DNA of 64,000 nt from the human T2T-CHM13v2.0 reference genome, Homo sapiens: NCBI RefSeq assembly GCF_009914755.1, contig NC_060934.1; one strand, 5' to 3'. Shown piece by piece: positions 1 through 12,650 of the stretch (position 1 is its first letter; every line of letters starts with the position of its first letter). Made by a program: the position numbers and the translations under genes. The notes under the pieces are model-generated. The model was not told the DNA's origin and did not search any database. It was given only the letters and a program-made list of their open reading frames with translations.

Positions 1-900
1 TGTCCTCTAGGCCAGGACCAAGAGAACAGCTGCTGTACTTTAGCCCTCTGTCTCCACTTGCCATCAAAGGAGTAAGCCCCTCTCTTAAGGTGGTACTAGT
101 ATCCTGTGTCCCAACTGACTATATTTTCTTCCATCCAATACCAATTATTGAATGGTTGAAACAGCAATTCAATGGCTCTAAGACCCGTGCCTATGCACCA
201 CAGATTGTACTCGAGAGGCCCCAAGGAACGGGAAAGTTTATTTGGGGAGCAATGGAAAAAATGCCCTAAGGCTTCTACTATCCACATGAAAATTACAGAC
301 CTGTCTTTAAATTGTCCTGATGTGGGGGACCATACACTATGGTGGGGAACTGGCCCTTCAAAATAGTCATCAAATGGTGACACCTGTCTAAACCCTGGAG
401 GGCACCATGAACAGGGATCTTCTGGGCACCACCCCAAGAATTTAAGACTTCTAAACAGGAAATCTTGATCCTGCCTAGAGGGAATAATTTTGCTTTCAAG
501 GTGAGGAAAGAAGTTTAACTGGCAGACAATAGGGCCCAGGAAGCGGGAGTCAGATGTGGCTGTCTCACGCCCAGTAATCCATGCAGTGGGAGCCTCTGGC
601 GGGGCCATGGTCTCAACCAAGATATCTGGGAGACCAAGACGTCTGCTGATCACTCCCAGGTGTACTTCGGGACCACCATGAAAAGCAAAAGAGTTAGAAC
701 TGGTTTCGGACAAACCAATGCTCCTGACCCCAAAGGGTCGGGGGTCGTCAGAGAACCCTTTCCAAGACAGCCTTGACACCTGTGTCTTTAGTCTGGTCGC
801 TGTGCTATTCACCTTTAAGTCGCAGACAGGTGCCCAGTATTTAGCCTCCTAATTCTAAGGAAGGACAGGACAGAATAGCAAGTGAAAGAGGTCCAATTGT

Positions 901-909
901 ACTCACTGC
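901..909 (-). promoter_or_regulatory. ERV major splice donor GCA|GTGAGT
   Basis: Consensus GTGAGT about 30 nt downstream of the PBS, the usual position in gamma-like proviruses. Confidence 0.65.
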
Positions 910-937
910 ATGATGATCTAGATACCTTTTCTGGAGT

Positions 938-955
938 CTCCTGTCTGGCTCGCCA
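938..955 (-). other. Retroviral primer binding site (tRNA-Arg ACG)
   Basis: Minus strand reads TGGCGAGCCAGACAGGAG, a 17/18 match to the complement of the tRNA-Arg(ACG) 3' end (TGGCGAGCCAGCCAGGAG), 3 nt after the LTR terminal CA. Confidence 0.9.
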
Positions 956-958
956 AGA

Positions 959-1676
959 TGTAACACCTGAGGTTCTTGCCAAGCCACACCAAAGAAATGG
1001 TGTGGAAGCTGACCACAGTGAGTGAAAGAGACATGGACTGAGAGTGAGAAAAAGCTGCAGGCTTTATTGAGCAGAGTGAAAGTACAAAGCTTCCACAGTG
1101 TGGAAACAGTCTTGAATGGGTAGCCACGGTTGGTTTTGGGTGATTGCCTTTTAAACTCTTTAAGGCGGGAGATACGTGAGGCAGGAAGCTTGTTACAGGA
1201 GCGAGATCAACAAAGGCAGTAAATTATTTTGTGACATGTCTTAGATTTTGAGGAAAACCGGAATTGCAACTTAGGTTTTATCTACTTTAGGACCTTACAG
1301 CAGCATGGCAAAGGAGACAGGATCTCACAGGAGTTTACAAAGTATGTTTACAAGGAATTGGAATTGGGAGTATAGATAAGGTCCACTGGTCACAGAAAAA
1401 CAGGCAGTTAACATTCCTTTTACTTTAGTTTCAGGGGCGGGGGAAGGGAGAGAGGGAGAGAGGACACAGGGAAACTTACAGCAAATTTTTCACTGTTTAT
1501 AGCTTTCTTGGGGAAGAAAACACATGCACAAATCCTGGTGTTAGGAATATTTTAAGCATATATCTTCAGTATTATTCATCCAGGACTGAAGTAAGTCCTG
1601 ATGCAGGAAATGAGTGAGTTTCACAGCTTTCTGAGCCCTTACTCAACCCAGGAAGCCCAGCTGGCCCCTCCTCTCA
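959..1676 (-). mobile_element. 5' LTR, LTR30-like (718 bp)
   Basis: Minus strand runs TGAGAGGAGG...GTTACA (TG..CA termini), with TATA-like TTTAAAA (1149-1155) and AATAAA (1063-1068), and is followed by the PBS. Resembles the recalled LTR30 consensus. Confidence 0.8.
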
Positions 1677-2039
1677 CATCCATACTGTTGATTATGATTC
1701 AACAATAAAAAGAGGAAATAGGCCACAAAAAGACGTGAATAAATTATAAATGCATATTGAAGCCAGACTGAAGAAGCTACATACTTTACTATTAAACTAT
1801 GACATTTTGGAAATGGCAAAACTATAGAAATAGTAAAAAGATTAGTATTTTTCTAGGAGTTCTAGGAGAGGGGCAGTGGACTGAATAGGTGAAGCATAGG
1901 AGATTTTTTTTCTAGAGTGGTAAAGCTAATCTGTATGATAATATAATGGTGTATAAACAACCCTATATATTTTCAAACTGTAGAACTTTACAACACAATG
2001 TAGGAGCCTTGATGGATGCAAATTTTAAAAGTAATTTCT

Positions 2040-2362
<323 letters not shown>

Positions 2363-2574
2363 TCAGTGCAGAATGCAGGAGTGACAACACAGTCTCCTTC
2401 TGTTCAACATGTATGAAACAATCTCACTGAAGAAGGTGCTGGGGGTATGGTGTCAATCTAAGTAACTGGAAATGAGTATCATGTGTAAGATTAAAGGCTA
2501 AAGAAATCATATGAACACTGTAAGTATTAAACTGTGTTCCATGGGGATACAGATTCACAATTCTGAAACCATTA

Positions 2575-2860
2575 TATATAGTTCAGTTGTAGCATATATA
2601 TATATATATGCTATAATCATATATGTAAGATATATAATTATTCAATTACAACACATATATACTGCAATTATATAATATATATTTGAACATATAGTATATG
2701 CATATATAATTACATATTATATACACATACGTATAATTATATATGTATATATAATATATACAATTATATATAATTGTAATATATAATACATATAATATAT
2801 AAAATATATTCAACTATAGCACATATTTAATATGTATAATTATATGTGCTATGATTGAAC
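2575..2860. repeat. AT-rich palindromic low-complexity array
   Basis: (TA)-rich tract with internal palindromes and inverted flanks. Confidence 0.85.
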
Positions 2861-5829
2861 AATTAAATACATAAATGGTGAACTGTGAGAGCCAGGTTTC
2901 TCATTCTTGGAATGTTAGTTTATAGGTAAGCATTTAGTAGAAGCTAGAATGATTCATGTGATAATATAATTTTTAGAGTTAGGGGCCCACAAATAAACTC
3001 ATATTTAGTTCAATAGAGATAGTTTCACATAGACATGTTTATTGATACATATGCATACATGGGTTAGTAGTCATACATATGTTTCCTTGCTCTGTCAGTT
3101 GAGAACCCCAGAGGCAATGACATTCCAGTATCAGTGACCACACCAAGTGCCTAAATCTTGATTTTTAATATTATTCTTAAAAAGAGGAAGGAGGGAATCT
3201 GGAGAGAAGTGGCTGATTCCAGGACTGAGAAAGAAAAGTTATTTAAGATGACCTTGAAAGAAGAAAGTGCTCAAATAAAAAATGAGCTCATAATAATGAG
3301 AGTGTGTCAAAGGAACACAGGAGCCAACTAAAAGAGCTATCAATGGCCAAAGCTGAAACAGTTTCAGCAACAAAATATGTAATTGTACTATTCGATTATA
3401 AACAAAAGTATAAAATGAATATCCATGAGTCCATACTGATATAAATAATTGAATAAATAAATAAATGGAAGCAAAGAGGCAAATTTGTGCAGAAGAATTA
3501 CAAATAACTTATGTAGACATTATGCTGCATTAGTATTAAGTGTGGGCTGCTTGTAGTGACCTCTTTCCAATGAGTACAGTAAGGAAATGATATAAAAAAG
3601 AATAACTATTCAGTGGAGAAACATGACAAACTACCTCAAGCAGGTGATCAAGGTAAACAGTGATGTCATGTAAATATTATGAACCATTTGTATATGATGG
3701 AATTGGTAATTTATCTCGGTCATCTTCTTCTCAAAAACCCATAACCCTAAAGTAATGATGAGAAAAATCAACAGACAAATCTCACGTGAAGAATGTTTTA
3801 TAAAATACATGACCATGATTCTTCATAGCTATCAATGTAATCAAAAACAGGAAAGGCCTGAAAAACCTCACAGTCAAGAGAAGACAAAGAACACACAATG
3901 GCTAAATGTAATGTGGTATCTGAGATGAGATTCTGAAACAGCAACAAAAAAAATTAGGTAAAAAATAACAAAATGTGAATGAAGTATGGATTTCAGTTAA
4001 TAATAATGTGTCAGTATTGGTTCATTAGCTATAACATGTACTGCAGTAATGGAAGATGTAATGATAGGGAAAAGTGGATATGGAGAATGTGAGAACTCTG
4101 TACTATCTTTGCAAGTTTTTGGTAAATCTAAAATTGCTCTACAATGAAAAGGTTTTATATTAATATAAAAATGAGCTAGGACCTGAAGAATAAAAAGAAC
4201 ACAGAATATTCTAGGTAAGTTTTTTTCAGGCAGAGAAAATAATAAGAATAAAGTATCTTGGATGAGTGTAGTGTAGCGAATTCAAATAATAGAAATAAAA
4301 TTAATTGGTCTGGAAAGATGGAAGTAATATAAGTATCTCCAGGTATGTAGATGATTATGAAGAACTTAGCATATTTAACCAAACCACTGCAACCTTGCAT
4401 GATGTTGCCATTTCTTAACATTCATTATGGGATCTCTTGTCATAACAGACAAAACTCTAGATTCTTGATTTTATATTTTAAGTTAATAGCACCCGAAAGT
4501 TTGATGACTCAATAAGCTATATTTGTTATGCCAGAACGAACAGATGGTATAATGCTTCAAAAACATGATGGTTCACTTAGGCAGCATTCCCTGATGGCAT
4601 AATTCATATTTCAATAATTTAGCAAGTTAATTGAGGAATAACTCAGAATTAACTATTTAGAAAATAAAATTAGCATCCAAATTGACACAGCAAATTAAAT
4701 CCTAAAAGAAATGAAATGCAGTGGCTGAGAGGATCATAAAAAATGCTAACAAATGGGATTATGTAGCAGCTTTGCAGTTTCCTGTTATTTGGCAAGGAAA
4801 ACCTAGAGGGCCATTTTTATGTCTGGGTCTAATAGTAGATATATAAAATTACATGGATCAAGAAGTAGGAAATAGCATAAATGTTTGATTCAACTCATTG
4901 TAAATAATTCTCTTCATTTTCTAAAGAATAGTAAAATTTTTATGTAATTTTAAACAAGTATAGCCTGGTATCATTGGGTAATGTGTCACAAATAAAAATT
5001 AATATTATTCTCAACAACTTTTAGTCTAAGTTCATGTGTTTTCTAGAATTGACATAACACGACTTGAACTCCTGATTTAATGCATCTTATGGTCTTGCTT
5101 ATCATTGTTCACAAGTTAATTTATTTGAAAACGTGCTAAATAAAAATTCTGAAAAGGCAGAAGATGTGATTTGTAGAGTCTGAGAATAGTATGACATGCT
5201 TACAAGCCAACAAGATATTCTTCTGAGCTGGTACATATGTTTTATTAGGTTACTGGAGTAAAATACATTTTTTCTTTGTAATTTTATGCATTTAGTGAGA
5301 TTATATAATTCATTCATTTCTATTTTTTTCCTAGTATTTTAAGTATTTCACTTTTTATGTATAGTTTCATATTGACATAAGAAGTAATAGTGGAATTCCA
5401 TTTCGTTTTCCTACATTATTGTTCAGCTGCCTCATCACCATTTACTGAGCAATTCATACGTTCAAATAACCATGTAATGCTTCCTTTATTATGTAATCAG
5501 TGCCCCTCTCCCATGTCTTTTCATCTGTCCAAGCACCACTTAGTTAAAGCCTTTAAACTTCAGTTCCTTTATTGTGATAACCCAATGAAGTGGTCACTGT
5601 TTTTATAATTTTCTTACAGATGAAGCAAATGAGGTATAAAAATAATAATTAATATATCCAAATTCATAACTTACAAAGTGATGATAAACTAATTACTAAT
5701 ATCTCTTGAATATTAGTCATTAGTTACATTAGAACATTTTTAGATATTGGAGTTTCTCTCTAACTTAATTTTTAGATATCGGAGTTTCTCTCTAATTTCT
5801 AGTTTATTTTGTTTATTTATATGACAACC

Positions 5830-6020
5830 ACTTATCTGTCACCAGAAACTATTCTAAGCAACTTACAAATATTAACTTACAGCAATCTTATGAAATCTAC
5901 ATTAATTTTATTTCTAGTTACTATGGGGACACTGAGGCATAGGGAGGTGAAAAAGTTTTCCGAAGGTCATGCATTCAAACTCAGGGAGGGAGACTATAGT
6001 CTGTGCTTTTAACTATTATG
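5830..6020 (-). mobile_element. MIR fragment
   Basis: ggggacactgaggcatagggaggtgaa...aaggtca resembles the MIR core. Confidence 0.55.
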
Positions 6021-6159
6021 TTCTGTTGCTTCTGATCCTTTGATTTGTCCAAATAATCAAGGTAATTTATATATCTAAAGAAGATGAAATAAGAGACATC
6101 TTACTTATAATGCAGAGTAGTTATACTCTTCAAAAATATCACAACATAAGAATTTGCAA

Positions 6160-6453
6160 GGCCAGGAGTGGTGGCTCACATACTTGTAATCCCAGCACTC
6201 TGGGAGACCAAAGCAGGAGGATCGCTTGAGCCCAGGAGTTTGAGACCAGCCTGGGTAGCATACTGAGGCCCCATTTCTACAAAAAATTTTAAAAATTAGC
6301 TGGGTATGGTGGCATGTGCTTGAAGTCCCAGATACTCCAGAGGCTAAGGTGGGAGGATCACTTGAGCCTGGGAGGTGGAAGCGTGAGCCGTTATCATGAC
6401 ACTGTACTCCAGCCTGGGCAACAGAACAAGGCCTTTGCTCTGAAAATAAAAAA
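6160..6453 (+). mobile_element. AluJ
   Basis: Dimeric Alu with the J-type ggatcgcttgagcccaggag motif; degenerate TSD aagaatttgca/aaaaatatgca. Confidence 0.9.
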
Positions 6454-6989
6454 TATGCACGATAACTAAAGACATTGGTATAAATTTCTAAAAATGATAT
6501 ACCTATATGTCAGCAATAATTAATTATTAAAATGCAATGAATAAGTACTCTAATAGAGGAATTTAAAGCATCATAAGATAGAAAAAGTAAAAGAAAGGAT
6601 CTAAAAAGAGATAAAACATATGTAAAGCATGGAAGCCTGCTTTTTTCGTTCAAAGATAATTATATGCGAAATTAAAATTTATGTTTCCTCTCTTTTTTTC
6701 TCCAAGCCTGAATTAGATCTTGTATGGCTTGAAATGGAAAGATGTTCTGTAAGAAAAAAGAAAAACCATTTTAGATAGCATAGTCTCCTGCAAGGGGATT
6801 CTCTCTAGATTAAAGTGATTTTCCCACTACTAGTTTAGATACAGAAATCTATTTTTCTTTGAAGGGGTGCATGCAGCTGTCTCCTGAAGGTTATACACTA
6901 TCCAGAGGATCTTTTGGTTTTCCATATTCAGATGTTTGGTTCAACACAGACCAACCCTCTTCTATATAATAAGGAGACACATGGGTTAA

Positions 6990-7334
<345 letters not shown>

Positions 7335-7469
7335 CCCCATGTGTTTCTTTAAAGCTAAGTCTTCTCCAAGAACTGAAGGTCTGGAATGACAATGACTAAG
7401 ACTAAATACTTAAAATAATAATTTTACATATAATGTCTGTAAATGTAAATACATAGTTACAGGGGGAGA

Positions 7470-7820
7470 TTGTTAGCTAATCAACCAGTCTGATTCCTCT
7501 TCTTCCCGAGTATGAAATGGGATGATGTTTTCCAGTGTCTTTTATGTAAGCTGTGGCCACTTGCCTGGGTGATATATACCCTTACGAACCTCTGTTTTGT
7601 CTATCTAGCGTGGAGACAAATCTCAGAGCTATGTTATGAGCTATGAATTGAGGATAATGAAATCACGGGATAAAATGACCCTGGGTCCCTAATACACACA
7701 TGGAGGAGAACTGCTCACCACTAATGGATACCTATTTAGAATTTAGGGAGTCAGAATGAAATTTTTATTATGTTAAATTACTGACTCCTCGGAGTCTGTT
7801 GGAGCAGCCAGAGTTACTTT
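7470..7820 (+). mobile_element. MaLR LTR fragment (MLT1J-like)
   Basis: Motifs such as ctgtggccac, cctgggtccct...catggagg and ttttattatgttaa...ctgttggagcagc. Confidence 0.5.
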
Positions 7821-10425
7821 CAGGGGTAGATTCTCTCATATCTAATTTCATATTATACTATGTTATGAATCAAGAAACTTAAGGTCAGGCGTTAATGAGC
7901 TGCTCATCAATGTTCTATGTGGGAAATCTGATATTTGTAGCTAGATTTTCTGAATCCAAATTTTTGGTGTTTTTTCCTATGCCAAATTGTCAAATGTTGG
8001 TTTCGAATATGTTTAAAAGCTCAGGTCCTAGGGCCAGAGAAGCAGTATTTAAATAATGATTCTAACCATTACTAAGAGTATGAGCTTTCAATTATTTAAC
8101 TTTTCAAGCCTCCATTTCTCTATTTGGGGATAATAATAGCTTTCAGCATATGTTGTGAGAATTAAGAAATATACTTCAAGTAAAAGCTTATTAGAATGAT
8201 TGAACATAATGCCAATAAATAGTGAAATAATAGCAGTCCCTTTGGTGCTTAATGATGAGTTTTCTAATGTTGAAAAATTTGGGAACTTACCCTCTCTTCC
8301 TTTCCCTATGAATACATTCTCTTTTCTTCTGTTTTTAGTCCCAGATTTTTGTATAAATAATCAGTTTTCAAACTTGGTACTATCAAAAGTTTTCTAATAT
8401 TAGTACTAGCTCTTTGTATAAATAATTAGTTTCCAAATGGCACAAAATTATCTACTGAGCTTTTATTTTCTAAGAAACAGACACATTACACTAAAAAATA
8501 ATCTCAAATTATAAATAATATACATAAACTTACAGAGTAAAAATGAAAATTTTCCTTTTGTTTCTCATTATAAGAATTTGCTATCATAATGCTAATAACT
8601 GAAGTATATCATGATATATATACAGTGTGTATGTTTTTATTTTTATTGAATTTTTTATTTGACTTTAAATGTATATAAATATAAATTTAAAAATTCACAA
8701 ATTTTAACAGTCCAGTTTTTTCTTATTAAAGCAATTTCAGTGAAATTTTAAGTTTTTTTAGATCAATTCATTATTTACAAGACATTTTACCAAACAAAAA
8801 ATGTATATGTATATATAGTAATTACATGTATGGATATATAGTTGCATATTATAATGATTAATTAAATGTTGTTTATAGAATATTAAAATGTATAATTACA
8901 TACATTTTGTAGATATAATCATGCATATTTCAAGTAAGATAAAATATTAAAACAAAATAAATACACCCTGTATATATAATTTTATTGTTTAGTAGGAAGT
9001 CTTGTAATAGTAAGGAGATAATGTGGAAAACATTAAAAACTTAAAAAGAACTGTATATGTTATGCTTAAATTGCTTAAATTAAGGAAGGGCTGCAAACTG
9101 CAGACTTAAAATTTTGAGCTGATGTTTTCATCAAGGTAATTGAAGTTCTACCTGCTGTTAATGCCTAAGTGTTAACACAACCACATCAAAATAAAATACA
9201 GTAAAGAGAGAGTAAGGGTGAGAAGTCTGGGGATGAGTTTGAGAAAAGTAACAAAGCATCCCCAGAGTGTAGTGTTTGTGAGCTTTCACCATGGCATACC
9301 ATGGCCAGGGCCACAAAGTGCAGAAGGTGACGCCATAGCCCAAATGTCACTTCGGATACTTGCAAAATAGTGCCTGTGTGGCTCTGTAAGCAAATAAATA
9401 TGCAAATAATGAGCTGTATCATTGGTTTCAATTAACATATGAAGCTTGCATTAGATGATGAGGAAGAGATTATTTTAAAGCAGTGAAGAAAACAACTAGA
9501 TTACATTATGCTAAAAGGAGATATTATTGCTCTGGTATAAAATGTCCCCAACTGTTATAGAAATGATCAATGAAGTGAGAAATTGTTGAGGAGGCAATGC
9601 AGTTTTTGTTTGCTTGTTTGTTTAAGGTGTCCTTTGTTGCAAATGGAGTTCATTCTAAAACATTTGTTTCTATTGTTTTGATTAAATTTATATCATCAGA
9701 TCACAATAAATGCTGTTATTTTATTTTATTATTTGTTTTAAGTATAGTCATAGGACTGGTTTTGGGGTTGGAAATCCTTTAAATTGAGAATGCTGATCCA
9801 TTATGCTGCAGTACTTCTTAGGTTCCCCAAATCTCCAAAATATTACTTACTGGGCCATGGGTGTAAATGCGTAAGATATTTGGTATATACTCATTACTTC
9901 CCTTGTCCTACCTGAGTGGGAAGGAACCTCAGGGTTAGGAGATGGTAGAACTCATTTTTCCTGTGTGTTAAATTTGTGAATTACCCTGTATTTTGCTGAT
10001 CCTTAAAAAGATTAACCCAATCAAAAGATTTAACATGGTTGAAAGTAAGATCAATGAACAAACCTCAACCTTGACTGGTTCTCACTCTACATACTACAAG
10101 GAATGACTGCTAACAATTTGAAACACCTATCAATATTTTTTTCTATGCCTTTTTATACATACATACTTTGTGTATAAATGTGTGCATATGCATATTAATA
10201 CATATATACATATTTTGTAATTATTATTACATCATATATTGTTATGCAACCTACATTATTTTATGATATATTTTAAAGGTATTTCTGTCGTAAACGTAAG
10301 TCTATGCCACTCTATTTTTACTTCTGATGTAGATTTCATATCATGTAACCAGTCCCTTTTTAATGGGAATTTAGTTGTTTCTATATTTTTACTATTTCAA
10401 ACAATGCTATAAAGAATAGTTTTTG

Positions 10426-10723
10426 GGCTTGGTGTAGTGGCTCATGCCTGTAATACTAGCACTTTGGGAGGCCGAGGGGGGCGGATAACTTGAGGCCAGG
10501 AGTTTGAGACCAGCCTGGCCAACGTGTCAAAACCCCTTCTCTACTAAAACAACAGAAATTAGCCCAGGCATGGTGGCACATGCCTGTAATCCCAGATATT
10601 CAGGAGGCTGAGGCATGAGAATCGTTGTGCCCAGGAGGCAGAGGTTGCAGTAAGGGGAGATCCTGCCATTGCACTCCAGCCTGAGTGACAAAGGGAAACT
10701 GTCTCACAAAAAAAAAAAAAAAA
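10426..10723 (+). mobile_element. AluS
   Basis: Dimeric Alu with poly(A); degenerate TSD aaagaatagttttt/aaagaaattgttttt. Confidence 0.92.
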
Positions 10724-11059
10724 GAAATTGTTTTTCATTGGCAAATATATGAGTATTCCTATAGTATAAAATCCTAGATATAGTAGAATTGTTAGATTAT
10801 AGGTCATACATGCATTTCACATTTTGAAAAATGGAATAAATTGCCTTCTAAAGAGTGGTATTTATTTACACATATAGTTATCAGCGCTAGATTTTAAAAA
10901 TATTTTAAATGTGTACAAATCTAATTGCAAAAAAGGGAAATAACATGTTATTAATTTGAAGAAACATATTAGAAATTAATACTTTGTGTTTAATATTTTC
11001 AAATAATTTTGCTAGTGGTTGTTTACTTTTGAAATTTATTTTTTTTTTAAAATACCTGG

Positions 11060-12650
11060 ACTATATAACAGCTGCTCCATTTTACATTCCCACCAGCAAT
11101 GTATGTGGGTTTTAATTTCCCCCCAACCTTACTAACGCTTGTATTATCCCTTTCCCCTGCATTGTAGCCATCCTACTAGTTGTAAAGTGGTATTTTGGCG
11201 GTTTGATTTGCATTTTTTTCTAATGATTAATGATGTTGGGCATATTTTTATGTGCTTATTTTCCATTTGCATATCTTGTTTGGAGAGATGTCTATTTAAA
11301 TCAGTTACTCAATTTTTAATTGGGTTATTTTCTTATTTTTTCGTTTTAAATGTTTTTCTATATCTGGATATATGTCCCTTATTAGATATATGATTTACAA
11401 ATATTTTTTGAAATAGTTGTGAAGAATTGGTGTTGTTTCTCCTTCAAACATTTTAAAGGATTTGCCAGTGAAGACATCACTTTGCAGGCTTTTCTTTGTG
11501 GGAAGATATTTTAAGCTTTTCCTGTTCACCTTGTTGGTGAATAGGACTAGACTCCTGTTCTAGTGTCTTGGAGGTAGCTGAACTCATGAGACCTAACACT
11601 GGGAAGATGAGATCTGCAGCAGTTTAGTAGTCAGATAGACCCACATGCTGAGGGAAAAGGACATCTCACATCATGCAGGACCACATGGGGGTTACATTCA
11701 GGAATAGAGTAAGCAACCAGCAGCTGTAGTATCAATAGGGTGAGATGCTCCCTGGCTTCCAAGAGAGGATGGGATTGGCTTGCTTGAACAATTCCACAGG
11801 CCAGAAGGGAACCAAAACTCAGCACTCAGGAATAAGCAGGAACTGTGCCTGCCTTTTTGATAGTGAAGGTTGTTGGGCCAGGGGCTTTATCTCCAGGAGT
11901 AGAGTGAGGAGGGAAGTTGTAGTTATGTCATTGAAGGCTCTCCAGATTTTACCAAATATCAAGGAAGCACATAGTATTGAGCCTTAATTTTAAACCTTAC
12001 ACTACAGAAGTTTTGGTTACTAATTCATTTCTCTTATGTGTGACAGGTCTGTTCAGAAATTCCATTTGTTCTTGCATCCTTTTGGGTGATTTGGGCTTTT
12101 CTAGGATATTGTCTGTTTCATCTGTTTATCTAATTTGTTGTCAATTTTTTTCATAGTATTCTCTCATTATTTTTATTTCTGTAAGTTTTACAGTAATAAC
12201 CCCTCGTTAATTTCTGATTTTTGTAATCCAATCCTTCTCTCTCTCTCTTGCCCCTTTTTTTATGGCCCGTGTAGCTAAAGGTATGTCATTTTGTTGATTG
12301 TTTCAGAGAACTACTTTTCGGTTTCATTGTTTTCCTCTATTATTTTAATATTCTGTATTTTACTTATTTCTGCTTTTATATTTCTTTCTTTGCTTTGCTT
12401 TCATTGTGTTTACTTAGCGAACATGTTTCCAGTTTCTTAAAGTGGAAGTTGGTTTTTTTTTTGAGATCTTTCTTCTTTCTTAATATAGACTTTCACGAAA
12501 ATAAGTTTTCTATTAGTACAGCTTTTAAAAAATATTCTACAAGTTTAATATGTTGTATTTTATTTTTTCTAAAGTACATTCTAACTTCTCTAATAATTTA
12601 TTCTGTGATCCATTAGTTATTTAGAATTGTGTTGTTTAATTTTCATGTTG
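11060..12650 (-). mobile_element. Old L1M ORF2 fragments, split by a solo LTR
   Basis: Antisense L1 motifs ccattttacattcccaccagcaatgtatg, gtttgatttgcattt, ttgccagtgaag and ttatctaatttgttg. Confidence 0.7.
11507..12006 (-). mobile_element. ERVL solo LTR (LTR40-like)
   Basis: About 500 bp; minus strand begins TGTAGTGTAAGG; 5-bp TSD GAAGA/GAAGT (11502-11506, 12007-12011); the host L1 resumes in register. Confidence 0.7.

Larger units (their letters stand above)
1..958 (-). mobile_element. ERV1 (HERV30/ERV9-HERV-W group) internal 5' leader / pre-gag region, truncated by window edge
   Basis: Follows the LTR on the minus strand; contains a tRNA-Arg PBS and a splice donor; GC-richer than the flanks; long minus-strand ORF 96-812. 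Confidence 0.8.

Noticed and set aside
6707-6748. Possible 42-nt in-frame exon (tttttttctccaag|...TCT|gtaaga)
   Set aside because: The donor context is weak, the peptide is unrecognised and there are no partner coding exons.
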